The translations under genes and the position numbers were made by a program. The notes below the pieces were generated by a model, which was given only the letters and a program-made list of their open reading frames with translations, searched no databases and was not told the origin of the DNA. Below, in pieces: positions 35,299-36,534 of a stretch of 36,534 nt of DNA (the first letter of the stretch is position 1; every line of letters begins with the position of its first letter). The DNA lies in assembly GCA_045593485.1 (NCBI GenBank), contig JAZNWS010000068.1:1-36534 (forward strand), read 5' to 3'. The stretch comes from Eubacteriales bacterium. Its GTDB lineage: Bacteria > Bacillota > Clostridia > Oscillospirales > CAG-272.

Positions 35299-35466
35299 AC
35301 AAGTGGATAAAGGGTGAGCCGAAAAAATTCACGGAGGAAGGCGTTAAGTGAGGTGACCGCGTCGGGTGTCGAGCGGTTTTCAAATGAGAAAAACGCTATG
35401 AATTTTTCGACGGCAAAGGAGGGAACTCCAAGCGACACCTAATAACCCGAAAGGAGATTTACACCA
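35299..35466 (+). other. Structured 5' leader of the DUF1292 gene, unclassified
   Basis: Nested helices: 35320-35331/35399-35409 (11 bp with one bulge), 35340-35345/35392-35397, and 35355-35360/35373-35378 followed by TTTT. There is also a GGAG-GGAA-CTCC hairpin at 35418-35429. Confidence 0.45.
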
Positions 35467-35760
35467 ATGAACGAACAAGAATTTGAAAGTGAATTTTATA
35501 CATTGACCGACGAGGATGGCAACGAAACTGAGTTCGAGGTTATCGGAAGCGCCGAGATAAACGGCATAGAGTATTTTGCAATGGTTCCGTCCGATGCGGC
35601 AGCGGGCAATGACGGTATGATAGAATATGTTCTTCTCAAGAAGGAGAAGGATGAAAGTGGAGAAGAAATGTTCGTCACTATCGATGACGATGACGAGTTT
35701 GACAGAGTTGCGGACTATTTTGACGATATGTTCGATTCTGAGGAAGACTACGATTCGTAA
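35467..35760 (+). CDS. DUF1292 family protein
   Basis: 97 aa, very acidic. The pattern TLTDEDGNETEFEVIG...GIEYFAMVP is typical of DUF1292. AAGGAGA SD. Confidence 0.8.
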   Translation: MNEQEFESEFYTLTDEDGNETEFEVIGSAEINGIEYFAMVPSDAAAGNDGMIEYVLLKKEKDESGEEMFVTIDDDDEFDRVADYFDDMFDSEEDYDS

Positions 35761-35878
35761 TTCTCGGTATAAGATTCACGGTAAACAAGGAATATGAGGC
35801 TGAAAGCCGAAAAAGAATAAGAACCAAGTGAACTTATTAAGGTCAAAGGAAAAAAGACCAATGGAAATCTAAACTTAA

Positions 35879-36122
35879 AAAAATCCTGCTTAGTTGGTGA
35901 TATCCGATTGATTGAGACCCACAACTGATTAAAGGAGCTCGAAATAAATTCGCGAAGTGGTTTGCAGACCTCCTCGCCCCGTGCGGTTGACTTGTCCCGA
36001 CGGGCCACGAGATGCTGGGAGCAGTGAAGCTTTGGATAGAGCACCGCCCTGAACAAACAGGGTTCCATTTCTACGGGTACACGGCTCGGTGGGGGTACAT
36101 ATCCTCGGATCGCAGGATTTTT
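35879..36122 (+). ncRNA. Candidate structured non-coding RNA (~245 nt, family unknown; 6S-like rod is one hypothesis)
   Basis: An 11-bp terminal helix AAAAATCCTGC/GCAGGATTTTT encloses stacked long-range helices and GC-rich hairpins, with AT-rich flanks. A plus-strand terminator lies downstream at 36193-36220. The strand assignment is tentative. Confidence 0.45.
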
Positions 36123-36192
36123 ATAAAAACTCAAATTTATTTTACATAAAAAACAAATTTAAGTTTTATACCTTACAATTGAATAGTAAATC

Positions 36193-36220
36193 AGGCTGTT
36201 GCGAATGCAACAGCCTTTTT
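36193..36220 (+). terminator. Intrinsic terminator
   Basis: AGGCTGTTGC-GAAT-GCAACAGCCT followed by TTTT. The T-tract is on the plus strand only. Confidence 0.85.
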
Positions 36221-36280
36221 ATGTCAAAATTTTTCGTGCTCTTGCATAAAATGGAACAGTAATTTGCGTTGAGGTCTGAG

Positions 36281-36534
36281 ATGAGGTTTTTTGCAAGGTG
36301 TTTTGCGCGGTTTTTTATATGTGCGGTATTTCTGTTTTTTTTGCTACTTAACTGTCTGTCACTCTGCACCTATGACGAAAGTGACACGGAAGGCGCACGG
36401 GAGTACATAATCACGTCGCTTTATGAGATGAGAGACAGTATAGATATTGAAGAATTTAATATACAAAAAACACAGCTTCTGCCTCTATTCACAGAGATCC
36501 TCAAAAATAACCCCTATCTGTTTTTTGTCGGTAC
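36281..36534 (+). CDS. Hypothetical secreted protein or lipoprotein, 3'-partial (runs off the window)
   Basis: ATG at 36281 with GAGG 6 nt upstream. Open to the window end (84 codons), starting MRFFARCFARFFICAVFLFFLLLNCLSLCTYDES... (signal peptide, lipobox-like LSLC). Not in the ORF track because no stop is reached. Confidence 0.5.
   Translation, partial: MRFFARCFARFFICAVFLFFLLLNCLSLCTYDESDTEGAREYIITSLYEMRDSIDIEEFNIQKTQLLPLFTEILKNNPYLFFVG

Noticed and set aside
35339-35350. GGCGTTAAGTG in the DUF1292 leader resembles a segment I recall from THF riboswitches.
   Set aside because: It is only an ~11-nt similarity recalled from memory. The rest of the THF fold cannot be found, and the downstream gene is not folate-related.
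35891-35964. Local resemblance to the TPP (THI-box) riboswitch core: GGTG...TGAGA-CCC...AACTGAT...hairpin...GCGAAGTGG.
   Set aside because: Several invariant positions are missing (CTGAGA context, ACCTGATCTGG, GGGAA). P2 and P3 pair poorly. No thiamine gene lies downstream, and the segment is embedded in a much larger closed structure.
35748-36134. A 128-aa minus-strand ORF covering the region downstream of DUF1292.
   Set aside because: There is no SD before its ATG, which is surrounded by AT-rich sequence, and no recognisable family. The span coincides exactly with a block that forms extensive base-pairing. I interpret it as a structured RNA rather than a CDS.
1-36534. Search for rRNA, tRNA, CRISPR arrays, IS elements, integrases, prophage modules and toxin-antitoxin or defence genes.
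   Set aside because: I saw no cloverleaf-like or rRNA-like segments, no regularly spaced direct repeats, and no transposase, integrase or phage structural signatures by eye. This is a visual scan only, so tRNAscan, Infernal and repeat finders should confirm it.

Overview
This is a chromosomal, mostly housekeeping segment from a spore-forming Firmicute. It looks Clostridia-like: spoVAC, an AbrB-type regulator, rex, a DnaD-domain/DnaI-type helicase-loader pair, and mid-range GC judged by eye. Nothing was computed; all calls come from reading the sequence and the ORF track. I call 38 CDS, one of them a 30-aa ORF missing from the track and one a 3'-partial ORF. Recognisable genes are gdhA, an SDR/FkbM/HIT/nucleotidyltransferase group, ilvE, alaX-L, potABCD, cysteine desulfurase plus DUF3343, dCMP deaminase, rimI-tsaD, rex-dnaD-dnaI-like, spoVAC, rlmH, a YycJ-like MBL hydrolase, galK, rnj, lepA-hemW and DUF1292. 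Several ORF-track starts were trimmed to internal ATGs that have SD sequences (potA, rlmH, hemW, the nucleotidyltransferase, the Cys-rich protein, the 148-aa protein, the oxidoreductase). I saw no rRNA, tRNA, CRISPR array, transposase, integrase or recognisable defence genes. Ten near-consensus sigma-A promoters and nine hairpin terminators can be read directly. Most interesting signals: (1) a cluster of at least six DnaA boxes, two of them perfect, just downstream of tsaD and upstream of the rex-dnaD-dnaI-like operon. (2) A ~245-nt GC-rich structured RNA candidate closed by an 11-bp terminal helix downstream of DUF1292, where only a spurious antisense ORF exists. (3) A ~165-nt nested-helix leader driven by a perfect TTGACA-17-TATAAT promoter. 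(4) An RNase J with a 174-aa lysine-rich N-terminal extension and a ~195-nt leader. (5) An unannotated 30-aa Cys-rich membrane peptide gene with a strong SD and its own terminator. Smaller oddities are a doubly anchored PotD, an AT-rich DinB-like islet, an AbrB fused to a Cys-rich tail, and an orphan spoVAC.
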